A program made the translations under genes and the position numbers. Shown piece by piece: positions 37,824 through 46,807 of a stretch of 64,000 bases of DNA (within the stretch, counting starts at the first letter, position 1; each line of letters starts with the position of its first letter). The DNA comes from an uncultured Thermoleophilia bacterium (GTDB lineage Bacteria; Actinomycetota; Thermoleophilia; Miltoncostaeales; Miltoncostaeaceae). The notes beneath the pieces were generated by a model. It made no database searches. It worked only from the letters and a program-made list of their open reading frames with translations, and was not told the DNA's origin. The DNA lies in NCBI GenBank assembly GCA_963802325.1, contig CAWDII010000003.1, positions 36,496 to 100,495 of the forward strand, in the 5' to 3' direction.

Positions 37824-39652
37824 GTCGCCACCGTCACGGGCTCGAGCGCGGGGGCGGACTCGGGCAGCGGGCGGCGGGCGCGGACCGGCGCCGGCCAATC
37901 GGGGACCATCGCGACCAGCGCGAAGGGCAGGAACCACGGGATGTAGAGGTAGAACCAGTGCGTGAGCGTGAGCTCGACCCCGATCAGTAGTGCTCCGGAC
38001 AGTGCGGTCATCGTCAGCATGTCGAGCCGGCGCGGCCAGCGCAGCACGGCGAGGCCCGCCGCGGCCACCAGCACCATCAGCCCGATCTGCACCGGGCGCA
38101 GGCCGGGGTGCTGGCCCCAGATGGAGAAGGGCGACTCGCGGCCCAGCTGATAGCCGATGGTGCGCGACCAGAATGCCCGCAAACCGTCGCCGCCGTCGAG
38201 CAGCAGCACCCAGCCCGTCAGGACGACGGCGCCGGCGAGGCCGGCCGCGAAGGGCAGCAGCGTGCGCCCGGAGGGGCGGCGCGGGTAGGGGTGACGGCTC
38301 CAGAGCGGCAGCAGGATCGCCGGCGCGAACTTGGTGCCGAGGGCGAGCCCCAGCATCAGGCCGCGCCCGACCGGGTGGCGTGCCACGACCAGGCCCCAGA
38401 TCAGCATCGCCGCGACCAGGGAGTCGTTGGAGTTGGTCTCGAGCGCGTAGGCGGTGAAGGGGAAGGCGGCCCAGGCCAGGGCGAGGCCGATCCCCAGCCG
38501 CAGGCCGGACAGGCGCCACCCCAGCAGCAGCAGTCCGCCCAGGCAGAGCAGGTCGAACATGGTGGCGGCGCCGTGCGCGGCCGGCAGCGCGTCCCACTTT
38601 CCATTCCACGGCTCGGCGAACTCGAAGGGGACGTAGGCGATGTAGTTCAGCGGCCCGTAGGTGTCGCAGCTGCCGCAGTCGCTGGGCATCGTGCCGTAGG
38701 GGGTCGCCCCGTGCTGGATGCGGTCGGCGCCGATCACCCCGGCGTACCCGACGTCGATCACGTTCGCGTCGAACGCGTTGAGCCCGAACCTCAGGGCGAG
38801 CGAGATCGCGAGCAGCGTGACGAGCACCCAGGTGGGCGCCGACCCGCCGAAGGTGGGCCGCCGGCGCGCCGCCGGGGCCGGTGCCTCCTCGCCGGCGCCC
38901 GGGCGGGCGGCGCGCACCCGCGCCACGGCGATCCAGGCCAGCCGTATCGCGAGGTAGAGCATCGGCGGGTACTGGAGGGGCACCGAGGTGAAGACCTCGC
39001 CGCTGTTGAACCAGATCAGCGAGAACCCGAACGAGAGCAGCACCAGCAGGTCGAGGGTCCGCCAGGAGATCAGGCCGCGGGGGCGCGTGAACGGCAACAG
39101 CGGGATGAGGAAGAGCGCGCACAGCCACAGCCACACCGCCGGCCGGTTGATCGCCTTGCCGAAGGCGCCGTCGTAGCCGCGGGCCATCATCCAGGCAACC
39201 TGCGGGCCGGTGCGCACCTCGGTGATCTGCCCGCTGTCGTCGGCCACCAGCACCTGGGCCTCGACGGTCTCGTCGCCACCCTCGTCCTTGCTGACCGCGA
39301 AGTAGGTGTGCACGCCCTTCTTCGCGTCGTAGCTGACGGCGGTCCGGAAGATCGTGCGGTCCTCGACCCAGTCGTTCAGCTCCTGCGAGGTCCGGGCGAT
39401 CGCGGTGACCTCGTCGTCGGTGAGCGACGCGCCGCGCCGCGCGGCCGGTGAGGCGATCGACTCCTTGATCTCCCCGGCCTTGTCGGCCACCGCGCGGACC
39501 AGCGCCTCGGCCGCTCCCCGCGCCTCGGCCGGCGTGGGCTCGCTGACCGCGCGCTCGGGGGCGTCGGCCGCGCCCGCGCTCCCCGCGGTCCCCAGCGCCG
39601 CGACGGCCACGGTCGCCAGCAGGGCGGCGAGGGCCCGTCGCGGGGACCGCAT
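37820..39652 (-). CDS. GT87-like glycosyltransferase with N-terminal extracytoplasmic domain
   Basis: Signal-like N-terminus, DVGYAG, DTYGP, NSNDSL, KFAP, RESPFSIWG, WFYLYIPW. Confidence 0.8.
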   Translation of the reverse strand: MRSPRRALAALLATVAVAALGTAGSAGAADAPERAVSEPTPAEARGAAEALVRAVADKAGEIKESIASPAARRGASLTDDEVTAIARTSQELNDWVEDRTIFRTAVSYDAKKGVHTYFAVSKDEGGDETVEAQVLVADDSGQITEVRTGPQVAWMMARGYDGAFGKAINRPAVWLWLCALFLIPLLPFTRPRGLISWRTLDLLVLLSFGFSLIWFNSGEVFTSVPLQYPPMLYLAIRLAWIAVARVRAARPGAGEEAPAPAARRRPTFGGSAPTWVLVTLLAISLALRFGLNAFDANVIDVGYAGVIGADRIQHGATPYGTMPSDCGSCDTYGPLNYIAYVPFEFAEPWNGKWDALPAAHGAATMFDLLCLGGLLLLGWRLSGLRLGIGLALAWAAFPFTAYALETNSNDSLVAAMLIWGLVVARHPVGRGLMLGLALGTKFAPAILLPLWSRHPYPRRPSGRTLLPFAAGLAGAVVLTGWVLLLDGGDGLRAFWSRTIGYQLGRESPFSIWGQHPGLRPVQIGLMVLVAAAGLAVLRWPRRLDMLTMTALSGALLIGVELTLTHWFYLYIPWFLPFALVAMVPDWPAPVRARRPLPESAPALEPVTVAT

Positions 39653-39657
39653 CCGGG

Positions 39658-40110
39658 CTACCGGAAGGACCAGCGGCGGTTGAGCAGGAAGTTCACCGGC
39701 ATGACCGCCGCGATCGCGACCGCCTGCGCCGGGACCTCGGCGAGCCCGGCGCGCACCAGCACCTCGAGCAGCACCAGGTTGATGGCCAGGGCCACGAGGC
39801 TCACCGCCAGGTACCGGGCGCCCTGGCGCACGGCCGACAGCTCGTGCTTGTTGAAGGTCCAGAACTTGTTGAGGACGAAGTTGTTGGTCCAGGCCACGCA
39901 GAAGGCGCCGATGGCGGCCGTCACGTGGTGCGCCCCCACCGAGTGGACGAGGATGGAGAAGACGACCAGGTTGACCAGGTACCCGGAGGCACCCACCACG
40001 CAGAAGCGGACGAGCTCGTTCCAGTCGGCTCTGCGGGCACGCCGGATGTTCGGCACGCGCAGGACGCGCGCCTCGGGCACGTCCGGGGGCGGGGCTGGCC
40101 TGGTCGGCAC
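39658..40110 (-). CDS. GtrA-family flippase-like protein
   Basis: RFCVVGASG, NFVLNKFWTF, NFLLNRRWSF. Confidence 0.9.
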   Translation of the reverse strand: MPTRPAPPPDVPEARVLRVPNIRRARRADWNELVRFCVVGASGYLVNLVVFSILVHSVGAHHVTAAIGAFCVAWTNNFVLNKFWTFNKHELSAVRQGARYLAVSLVALAINLVLLEVLVRAGLAEVPAQAVAIAAVMPVNFLLNRRWSFR

Positions 40111-40163
40111 GACCCGCGACGATACCAGAGGCCTCCTCGGCCCCCGACCCGGACTGGCCTAAG

Positions 40164-41507
40164 ATGCCTTCCATCGCACTCGACCTCCCCGAGGGAGACC
40201 CGACGCACCAGCGGACCCCCCCGCCGCGGCCCAAGCCGCACGAGAGCGCCCTGACACCGGGCGACTCGTCCCGATACGACGTTCGCTTCGCCTCACGTGC
40301 CTCGGGCATCGTGTCGTCGGTGATGCGCGATCTGATGTCGCTCTCCGAGCGCCCCGAGATCATCTCGCTGGCCGGGGGCTTCCCCAACACCGAGTCGTTC
40401 GAGCGCCAGGTGTTCGACGAGGTCGTCCAGGCGGTCGCGCGCGACCACCTGGCCTCGTCGTTGCAGTACGGGCCCACCGAGGGGCTGGTGGAGCTGCGGG
40501 AGCGGATCGTCGAGGTGATGGGGCACGAGGGTGCCCGCGCCGGGGTGGACGACATCATGGTGACCAGCGGCGGCCAGCAGGCGATCGACCTCTCGATCCG
40601 CACCTTCGTCAACCCCGGCGACACGATCCTCGCCGAGGGCCCGACCTATCCCGGCGCGGTGCCCTGCTTCACGACCTACGAGGCGAAGGTCGAGCAGATC
40701 CCGATGGACGAGGACGGCCTGCGCATCGACCTCGTGGAGGAGGCCCTGGTCCGCCTCACCGCGGAGGGCCGCCCGCCGAAGCTGCTCTACACCATCCCCA
40801 ACTTCCACAACCCCGGCGGGGTGACGATGTCGCGCGAGCGGCGCGAGCGGCTGGTCGCCCTCGCCCACGAGCGCGAGCTGCTGATCGTGGAGGACAACCC
40901 CTACGGCCAGATCCGCTTCGAGGGCGACCCGCTGCCGACCCTCTGGGAGCTCGACGACGGGGCCGGCTGGGTCATCTACGCCTCGACCTTCTCCAAGATC
41001 CTGGCGCCGGGCGTGCGCGTGGGCTGGGTGGCCGCGCCGGCCGCCGTGCTGCGCAAGATGAACCTGGGCAAGCAGGCGGCCGACCTGTGCTCGTCAACCA
41101 TCTCCCAGCGGGTGATCATCGAGTACCTGCGCCGCTACGACTGGCGCGACTACGTCGCCCGGCTGAACGGGATCTACCGCTCGCGCCGCGACGCGATGCT
41201 GCGGGCGCTCGAGGAGGAGCTGCCCTCGGACGCCCACTGGAGCCGGCCGGCCGGCGGCCTGTTCGTGTGGGCCACGCTGCCCGACTACCTCGACACCACC
41301 CATCTGCTCGCCCGCGCCGTCGATCAGCACGAGGTGGCGTTCGTGCCCGGCCGCGGGGCCTTCCTCGACGGCCGCGGCGGGAACTCGATGCGGCTCAACT
41401 ACTCGGGAGTGTCCGAACCGATGATCAGCGAGGGCGTGCGCCGGATCGGCCTGGCCGTGGAGGAGATGACCGAGATGCACCGGGCACTCGGGGGCGAGAC
41501 CTCGTGA
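40164..41507 (+). CDS. PLP-dependent class I aminotransferase (LysN/ARO8-like)
   Basis: ISLAGGFP, LQYGPTEG, PNFHNPGG, EDNPY, STFSKILAPGVRVGW. Confidence 0.92.
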   Translation: MPSIALDLPEGDPTHQRTPPPRPKPHESALTPGDSSRYDVRFASRASGIVSSVMRDLMSLSERPEIISLAGGFPNTESFERQVFDEVVQAVARDHLASSLQYGPTEGLVELRERIVEVMGHEGARAGVDDIMVTSGGQQAIDLSIRTFVNPGDTILAEGPTYPGAVPCFTTYEAKVEQIPMDEDGLRIDLVEEALVRLTAEGRPPKLLYTIPNFHNPGGVTMSRERRERLVALAHERELLIVEDNPYGQIRFEGDPLPTLWELDDGAGWVIYASTFSKILAPGVRVGWVAAPAAVLRKMNLGKQAADLCSSTISQRVIIEYLRRYDWRDYVARLNGIYRSRRDAMLRALEEELPSDAHWSRPAGGLFVWATLPDYLDTTHLLARAVDQHEVAFVPGRGAFLDGRGGNSMRLNYSGVSEPMISEGVRRIGLAVEEMTEMHRALGGETS

Positions 41508-42442
41508 GGGTCGCAGTGCTCAAGGGCGGCCGCTCGCTCGAGCGCGAGGTGAGCCTGCGCTCGGGCGCCAACGCCGAGGCGGCCCTGCGGCGCCTCGGCC
41601 ACGACGTGCTGGAGATCGACGTCAACCAGCACCTGGTGCGCACCCTGCGCGCCGAGCGCCCCGAGGTGGCGTTCATCGCCCTGCACGGCAAGGGGGGCGA
41701 GGACGGGACGGTGCAGGAGCTGCTCGAGATCCTCGAGATCCCCTACACCGGGCCGGGTGCGCTGGCCTGTGAGCGCGCCATGGACAAGGTGGTCGCAAAG
41801 GCCTACTTCGCCTCCGCCGGCATCGACACCCCGCCCGCCTACGCCTTCCGCCAGGAGGCGTTCCGCGAGCTGGGCGCGGGCGAGGCGATCTCGGAGATCT
41901 GCGAGCGCCTCGGCCTGCCGCTCGTCGTGAAGCCCGCCAAGCAGGGCTCGGCGCTCGGGATCTCGGTCGCGCAGGAGCGCACCGACGTGCCCGGCGCCCT
42001 GATGGGCGCGCTCGCCTACGACGACCGTGTGCTCCTGGAGCGGTTCGTCCCCGGCCGCGAGCTGGCGGTCTCGGTGCTCGGCTCGGCCGAGCCCTGGGCG
42101 CTGCCGGTGGTCGAGGCCATCCCGCGCGGACGCGACTTCTACGACTTCGAGGCGCGGTACACGCCGGGCCTCACCGACTTCGTCGCCCCGGCTGACCTGC
42201 CCGACGACGTGGCGCAGGAGGTGGCCCGCGTCGCGATCGCCTGCTTCACGGCCCTCGGCTGCCGCGGGGTGAGCCGGGTGGACATCATCCTCGACCGCGA
42301 CGACCGCCCCTGGGTCCTGGAGATCAACCCGATCCCGGGCATGACCGACACGAGCCTGCTCCCGAAGGCCGCCGAGGCGGCGGGTCTGGGCTTCGACGAG
42401 GTGGTCGAGCGGATCCTCGCCGAGGCGGCCCTCGGGGCGTAG
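41504..42442 (+). CDS. ddl: D-alanine-D-alanine ligase
   Basis: GGRSLEREVSLRSG, LHGKGGEDG, MDK, QGSALG, FYDFEARY, LEINPIPGMT. Confidence 0.95.
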   Translation: MRVAVLKGGRSLEREVSLRSGANAEAALRRLGHDVLEIDVNQHLVRTLRAERPEVAFIALHGKGGEDGTVQELLEILEIPYTGPGALACERAMDKVVAKAYFASAGIDTPPAYAFRQEAFRELGAGEAISEICERLGLPLVVKPAKQGSALGISVAQERTDVPGALMGALAYDDRVLLERFVPGRELAVSVLGSAEPWALPVVEAIPRGRDFYDFEARYTPGLTDFVAPADLPDDVAQEVARVAIACFTALGCRGVSRVDIILDRDDRPWVLEINPIPGMTDTSLLPKAAEAAGLGFDEVVERILAEAALGA

Positions 42443-42457
42443 CTCACACCGGGTGGC

Positions 42458-42967
42458 TCAGCAGACCACCTGGATGTGGAAGGAGCTGTTCACCGGGGTG
42501 CCGGCGCCGTTCATGGTGCGCACCACGAGCTGCGTGCGGGCGGCGTCGGTGGTGTCGAGTGCGATCCGCAGGGTCACGATGTCGGCGACCGGCGTCACGT
42601 CGGCCGACGTCGTGCCGGTCCACGAGCAGGCGCTGATGTTGCGGTCGAACTTGACCCGGTAGTTGCCGTCGTCGATCCGCTGGGACGAGACCGCGCCTCG
42701 GGTGCGGACGAGGTTCGACCCGACGGCCCCGCTGCTCACGACGAACAGGGGGATCTGCGGGGCGAGGGCGTCGAGGCGGGCGTTCGCCTCGTTGCTGCGC
42801 TTGACCGCCGCCTGGGAGATCTTCTGATTGACCTTGAGCTGTTGCGCGCTGACCTCGACCGGGCGCGCCGCGCTGGCATCACCGGTCGAGCCCTCCACCG
42901 CGATCACCGCACCGAGGCCGATGGCGACCCCCGCCGTGACTCCGACCCACCAACGTCCCTTGAGCAT
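42458..42967 (-). CDS. Secreted hypothetical protein with one copy of the QLxxNQxISQAAVxR module
   Basis: GGAGGA RBS, signal/TM segment, SAQQLKVNQKISQAAVKRSN, beta-rich C-terminus. Confidence 0.75.
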   Translation of the reverse strand: MLKGRWWVGVTAGVAIGLGAVIAVEGSTGDASAARPVEVSAQQLKVNQKISQAAVKRSNEANARLDALAPQIPLFVVSSGAVGSNLVRTRGAVSSQRIDDGNYRVKFDRNISACSWTGTTSADVTPVADIVTLRIALDTTDAARTQLVVRTMNGAGTPVNSSFHIQVVC

Positions 42968-43108
42968 CTGTCCTCCATCCGTGGACCCGCATGAGAGAGG
43001 CGAACCTACGCCGCGGGACCATGCCGGCGGCGCAGGGTTCACGGGACTCTTACCCCGCTCTTAGACGCGCACGCAATTCCATCGATCCGCCACCCTGCGA
43101 TGGCAGGC

Positions 43109-44020
43109 TCACCGACGGCCCGCCCGCCGGTCCTCCTGGAGGGCGAGCAGGGCATCGAGCACGCGGTTCACGGGCGTCGGCACGCCGAGCGCCGCCCCCT
43201 CCCGGGCGAGGAAGCCGCAGAGGGCGTCGCGCTCGAGGGGCTTACCGGCCTCGAGGTCGCGCGCGGTGGAGGGGTGGTAGTCGCGCAGCTGGAGGTTCGG
43301 AGCGGCCATCTCGTCCACGTCCTCGGCGCCCAGCGTCACGCCGTGGCGGGCGCCGATCGCCACCACCTCCCACATGGCCTCGCGCACCAGGGTCTCCGAG
43401 TCGGGGGTGGCGAGCGCCTCGCCGGCGGTCGCGCCGGTGACGGCGCAGATCGCGTTGAAGCCCGCGTTCCAGAGCAGCTTGTGCCACTGGTCGTGGACGA
43501 TCCGCTCGGAGAGGGCGACGTCCCAGCAGGGTGCGAGCAGGGCGTGGGTCCGGGCCGCCCGGTCGGTGAGGCCGGCCGGATCGCCCATCTTCACCCAGCC
43601 CTCGGCCTCGTGGTCGACGACGCCCGGCTCCTCCACCCGGAGCCCGACGAAGGCGATCGCCCCGAGCACGCGCTCGGCACCGAGCACCGAGGCGAGCCTT
43701 CCGACGTTCTCGACCCCGTTCTGGAGTGACATGACCGTTGTCCCGGGCCCGACCACCGGCGCGAGCGCCGCCGCCGCGGCGAGCGTGTGGTGCGACTTGG
43801 TGGTGACGATCACCAGGTCCGGCGGCGGGCCGGCCGGCTCGGCCGCGGCCTGGACCGGTGTGCTCCAGAGGGCGCCGTCGGCCTCGCGCACGGTCGCCCG
43901 CCCCGCGGCGCGCAGGGCCCCGAGGTGGGCGCCGCGGGCCACCAGGGTGACGTCGTGGCCGCCGCGCGCGAGGAGCGCCCCGTAGTAGGTTCCGACCGCC
44001 CCGGCCCCCATCACGGTCAC
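43109..44020 (-). CDS. panE: Ketopantoate reductase family protein
   Basis: GAGAVG, TTKS, SLQNG, WHKLLWN, STARDLEAGKPLE. Confidence 0.88.
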   Translation of the reverse strand: MTVMGAGAVGTYYGALLARGGHDVTLVARGAHLGALRAAGRATVREADGALWSTPVQAAAEPAGPPPDLVIVTTKSHHTLAAAAALAPVVGPGTTVMSLQNGVENVGRLASVLGAERVLGAIAFVGLRVEEPGVVDHEAEGWVKMGDPAGLTDRAARTHALLAPCWDVALSERIVHDQWHKLLWNAGFNAICAVTGATAGEALATPDSETLVREAMWEVVAIGARHGVTLGAEDVDEMAAPNLQLRDYHPSTARDLEAGKPLERDALCGFLAREGAALGVPTPVNRVLDALLALQEDRRAGRR

Positions 44021-44022
44021 AG

Positions 44023-44830
44023 ATGCCAGCTGAGAACCCCCCGTCCGGCGGCCGTCTCGATGTCGAGGAGGACGGCCACGCGCTGATCGTCCGGATCGCC
44101 AACGAGAGCCGCGCCAACGCGCTCGACGACGCGATCCTCGATGCGCTGGTGAGCCTACTGGAGGGCCCGCGCGCGGCGGCCGCCCGGGTCGTGGTGCTGA
44201 CCGGCGCGGGCGACCGCCACTTCTCGGCCGGCCTCGACCTCGCCGACCGCACAGCCGACGAGCTCGTGGACTACCTGCAGCAGGGCGAGCGCCGCCTCGG
44301 CCGCGCCGCGCGCGCCATCGCCGGATGCCCGAGCCCCGTGGTGGGGGTGCTCAACGGCGCGGCCTTCGGCGGAGCCCTGGAGCTTGCGATCGCCTGCGAC
44401 TGGCGCATCGCTCGCCGCGGCGCGCGCCTGGGGATGCCCGCCGCGCGGATCGGCGTGGTCTACGCCGCCGACGGCCTGCGCCGGTTCGTCGCGGCCATGG
44501 GCCCGGCGCGCACGCGCCGCCTGTTCCTGACCGGCGCCCCGATCGACGCCGACGAGGCCTTCGCCCTCGGCCTGGTGGACCAGGTGGTCGAGCCCGGCGA
44601 CCTCGTGGAGACCGTCGCGGGGCGGCGGCGCGCCAGGTCGCCTCGGCCGCTCCGCTCGCCGTGGCCGGCACGCGGGCGATCATCGCGACGCTGACGGAGC
44701 GCGCCCCCTGGGAGGAGGTCGAGGCGACCGCCTCGGCCGCCCGCGCCCGGTCATTCGGGTCGGAGGACTTCCGCGAGGGCCTCGCCGCCTTCCGCGACAA
44801 GCGCCCCCCGGAGTTCGGGGGCGCGCCGGC
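44023..44830 (+). pseudogene. Enoyl-CoA hydratase/isomerase, frameshifted near 44620; 3' end uncertain
   Basis: FSAGLDL, NGAAFGGALELAIACD; continues as APLAV...SEDFREGLAAFRDKRPPEF in another frame. Confidence 0.8.
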
Positions 44831-44914
44831 GCAGGGCGGTCCGAGGAGGCGGAGGACGCGTCGTCGCGTGGCGTGCCCTCGCGGGAACCTCCCACCTGAG
44901 GACGCTCTCCCGGC

Positions 44915-45483
44915 CTACTCCAGGGCGGCCACGACCCGTTCGCGCGCGCGGTGCAGCCGGCTCATGACGGTGCCCTCCTTGGTGCCGAGGGATTGGCGGC
45001 CTCCCGGTAGGAGAGGCCGACGACGTCGACCGCCACGATCACGTCGCGGAAGTCGTCGGGCAGGGCGGCGATGGCGCCGTAGACCGCCGCCGCCTCGAAG
45101 ACCGCCGCCGGCTCGCCCGAGGCGCGCCCGGCCAGGTGGTCGTCGAGGGGGAGCGCGTCCGGCGGCGGGCGCCGGGCGGCGGCGCGGCGCCCGTCGAGGA
45201 ACGTGTTGCGCAGCGCGCCCATCAGATAGCCGAGGTCGCCCTCCCGGCGCAGGATGCGCGGCCTGCCGAGCACGCGGGCGTAGGTCTCCTGGACCAGGTC
45301 CTCCGCGTCCTCGCGGTCGCCACAGAGCGCCCACGCCGCACGGTAGAGATGATCGAGGTGGTCTCCGAGGCCGTCCCGGTCGAGGGCGCGGGTCGGCGCC
45401 CGGGACGCGTCGTCCTGCCGGCGGGGTGGCTCCGCGATGCCGCCGTGCGCGGTGGCGGTCGAGCCCTCGGGTTCGTCTTTCAT
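44915..45483 (-). pseudogene. ECF sigma factor, frameshifted near 44995
   Basis: LYRAAWAL, DAEDLVQETY, GLSYREAA, then GTVMSRLHRAR in a shifted frame. Confidence 0.85.
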
Positions 45484-45585
45484 CCGCCGACCATCGTCCC
45501 CCGTACGTGCCCCGGAGGATAGGGGCGGTCGGGGTGAGCGTCGACCTGGTCGAAAGTCGGTGATGCCGGGGTGCATAATCACGGC

Positions 45586-45996
45586 GTGGCCACGACACCC
45601 CGCTCGATGATGGACCCGGCGGCGCTCGATGCCGTTGACGCCGGCTGCCCCGCGCGCCGCCTGCTGGGACGCATGGCCGAGCGCTGGACGGGCCTCGTGC
45701 TGGTCGCGCTCGCCGACGGCCGGGACAAGCGCTTCTCCGAGGTGGCCCGCGAGATCGGCAACATCTCGCCGAAGATGCTGGCCCAGACTCTCCGGGCCCT
45801 GGAGCGCGACGGGTTCGTGGACCGCCGGGTGAACGGCGGCTCCCCCTCGCGGCCGCTCTACCGGGTCAGCGCGATGGGGGCCGAGATGATGGGCCCCCTG
45901 GGGGCCCTCTCGGGGTGGGCGTACGCGAACCGCGAGGCCCTGGACGGTGCCCGCGAGCGGTACGACGCCGCGACCACCGGAGTCGCCGTCGAGTAG
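45586..45996 (+). CDS. HxlR-family winged-helix regulator
   Basis: CPARRLL, RW, RFSE, ISPKMLAQTLRALERDG. Confidence 0.9.
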   Translation: MATTPRSMMDPAALDAVDAGCPARRLLGRMAERWTGLVLVALADGRDKRFSEVAREIGNISPKMLAQTLRALERDGFVDRRVNGGSPSRPLYRVSAMGAEMMGPLGALSGWAYANREALDGARERYDAATTGVAVE

Positions 45997-46108
45997 CCCC
46001 TCCCCGGAGCGGATCGATTTCGCGCCGGCCGGGAATAAAGGGGCACCGGGCGACGTCCCCGTCTCATGACGGGGTCTCTCGGCTCCGTCCAGGGAGGGCG
46101 GGATCGAC

Positions 46109-46798
46109 GTGGACGACCGACAGATGGACCGGGACGAGCTGGCCGCGCGCCTCGACGCGCAGGAGCGCGCGCGCGAGATCGTCGGCCGGGCGGCCGTGCC
46201 GGCGCCCCCCCACCTGCGCGCCCGTATCGAGCAGATGCGGGCGCCGGCCCGGCCCCACCGCGCCCCCCGCCGCCGCGGGCTCTTCGCCGGCGGGCTGGCC
46301 GCCGCGGCGATCGCCCTGGCGGCGTTGCTGGTGCTCTTCCTGCCGGGCGGGGCGGCCGGACCCGGCCTGGCCGAGGCGGCCGAGCTCGCCCGGCTGCCGG
46401 CCACCGCGGCCGCGCCGCCGACCCGACCTGGCTCCCCCGCGCTGCTCGCCGCCGACCTCGAGGGCCTCGCCTTCCCCGACTGGGCCGCCGAGTTCGGCTG
46501 GACTGCGACCGGGATCAGGGACGACGAGATCGGCGGCCGCCGGGCGGTCACGGTCTTCTACGCCAAGGAGGGACGCCGGCTGGCGTACACGATCGTCTCC
46601 GGCGACGGCCTCGCGGTGCCCGGCGAGCCGGCGGTCACGCGCGACGAGGTCGAGTTCCGGTTCGTCCAGACCGACGCGGGCGAGATCCTCACCTGGGAGC
46701 GCCGAGGCCACACCTGCGTGATCAGCGCGCCCGGCACACCCCGGCCGACGCTCCTCGACCTGGCCGCCTGGCGCGGCGCCGGAGCGCTCGGCTTCTGA
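46109..46798 (+). CDS. Putative anti-sigma factor (single TM)
   Basis: APPHLRARI cytoplasmic part, TM helix, extracytoplasmic beta domain; near an ECF sigma gene. Confidence 0.65.
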   Translation: MDDRQMDRDELAARLDAQERAREIVGRAAVPAPPHLRARIEQMRAPARPHRAPRRRGLFAGGLAAAAIALAALLVLFLPGGAAGPGLAEAAELARLPATAAAPPTRPGSPALLAADLEGLAFPDWAAEFGWTATGIRDDEIGGRRAVTVFYAKEGRRLAYTIVSGDGLAVPGEPAVTRDEVEFRFVQTDAGEILTWERRGHTCVISAPGTPRPTLLDLAAWRGAGALGF

Positions 46799-46807
46799 AC
46801 CGGGACG

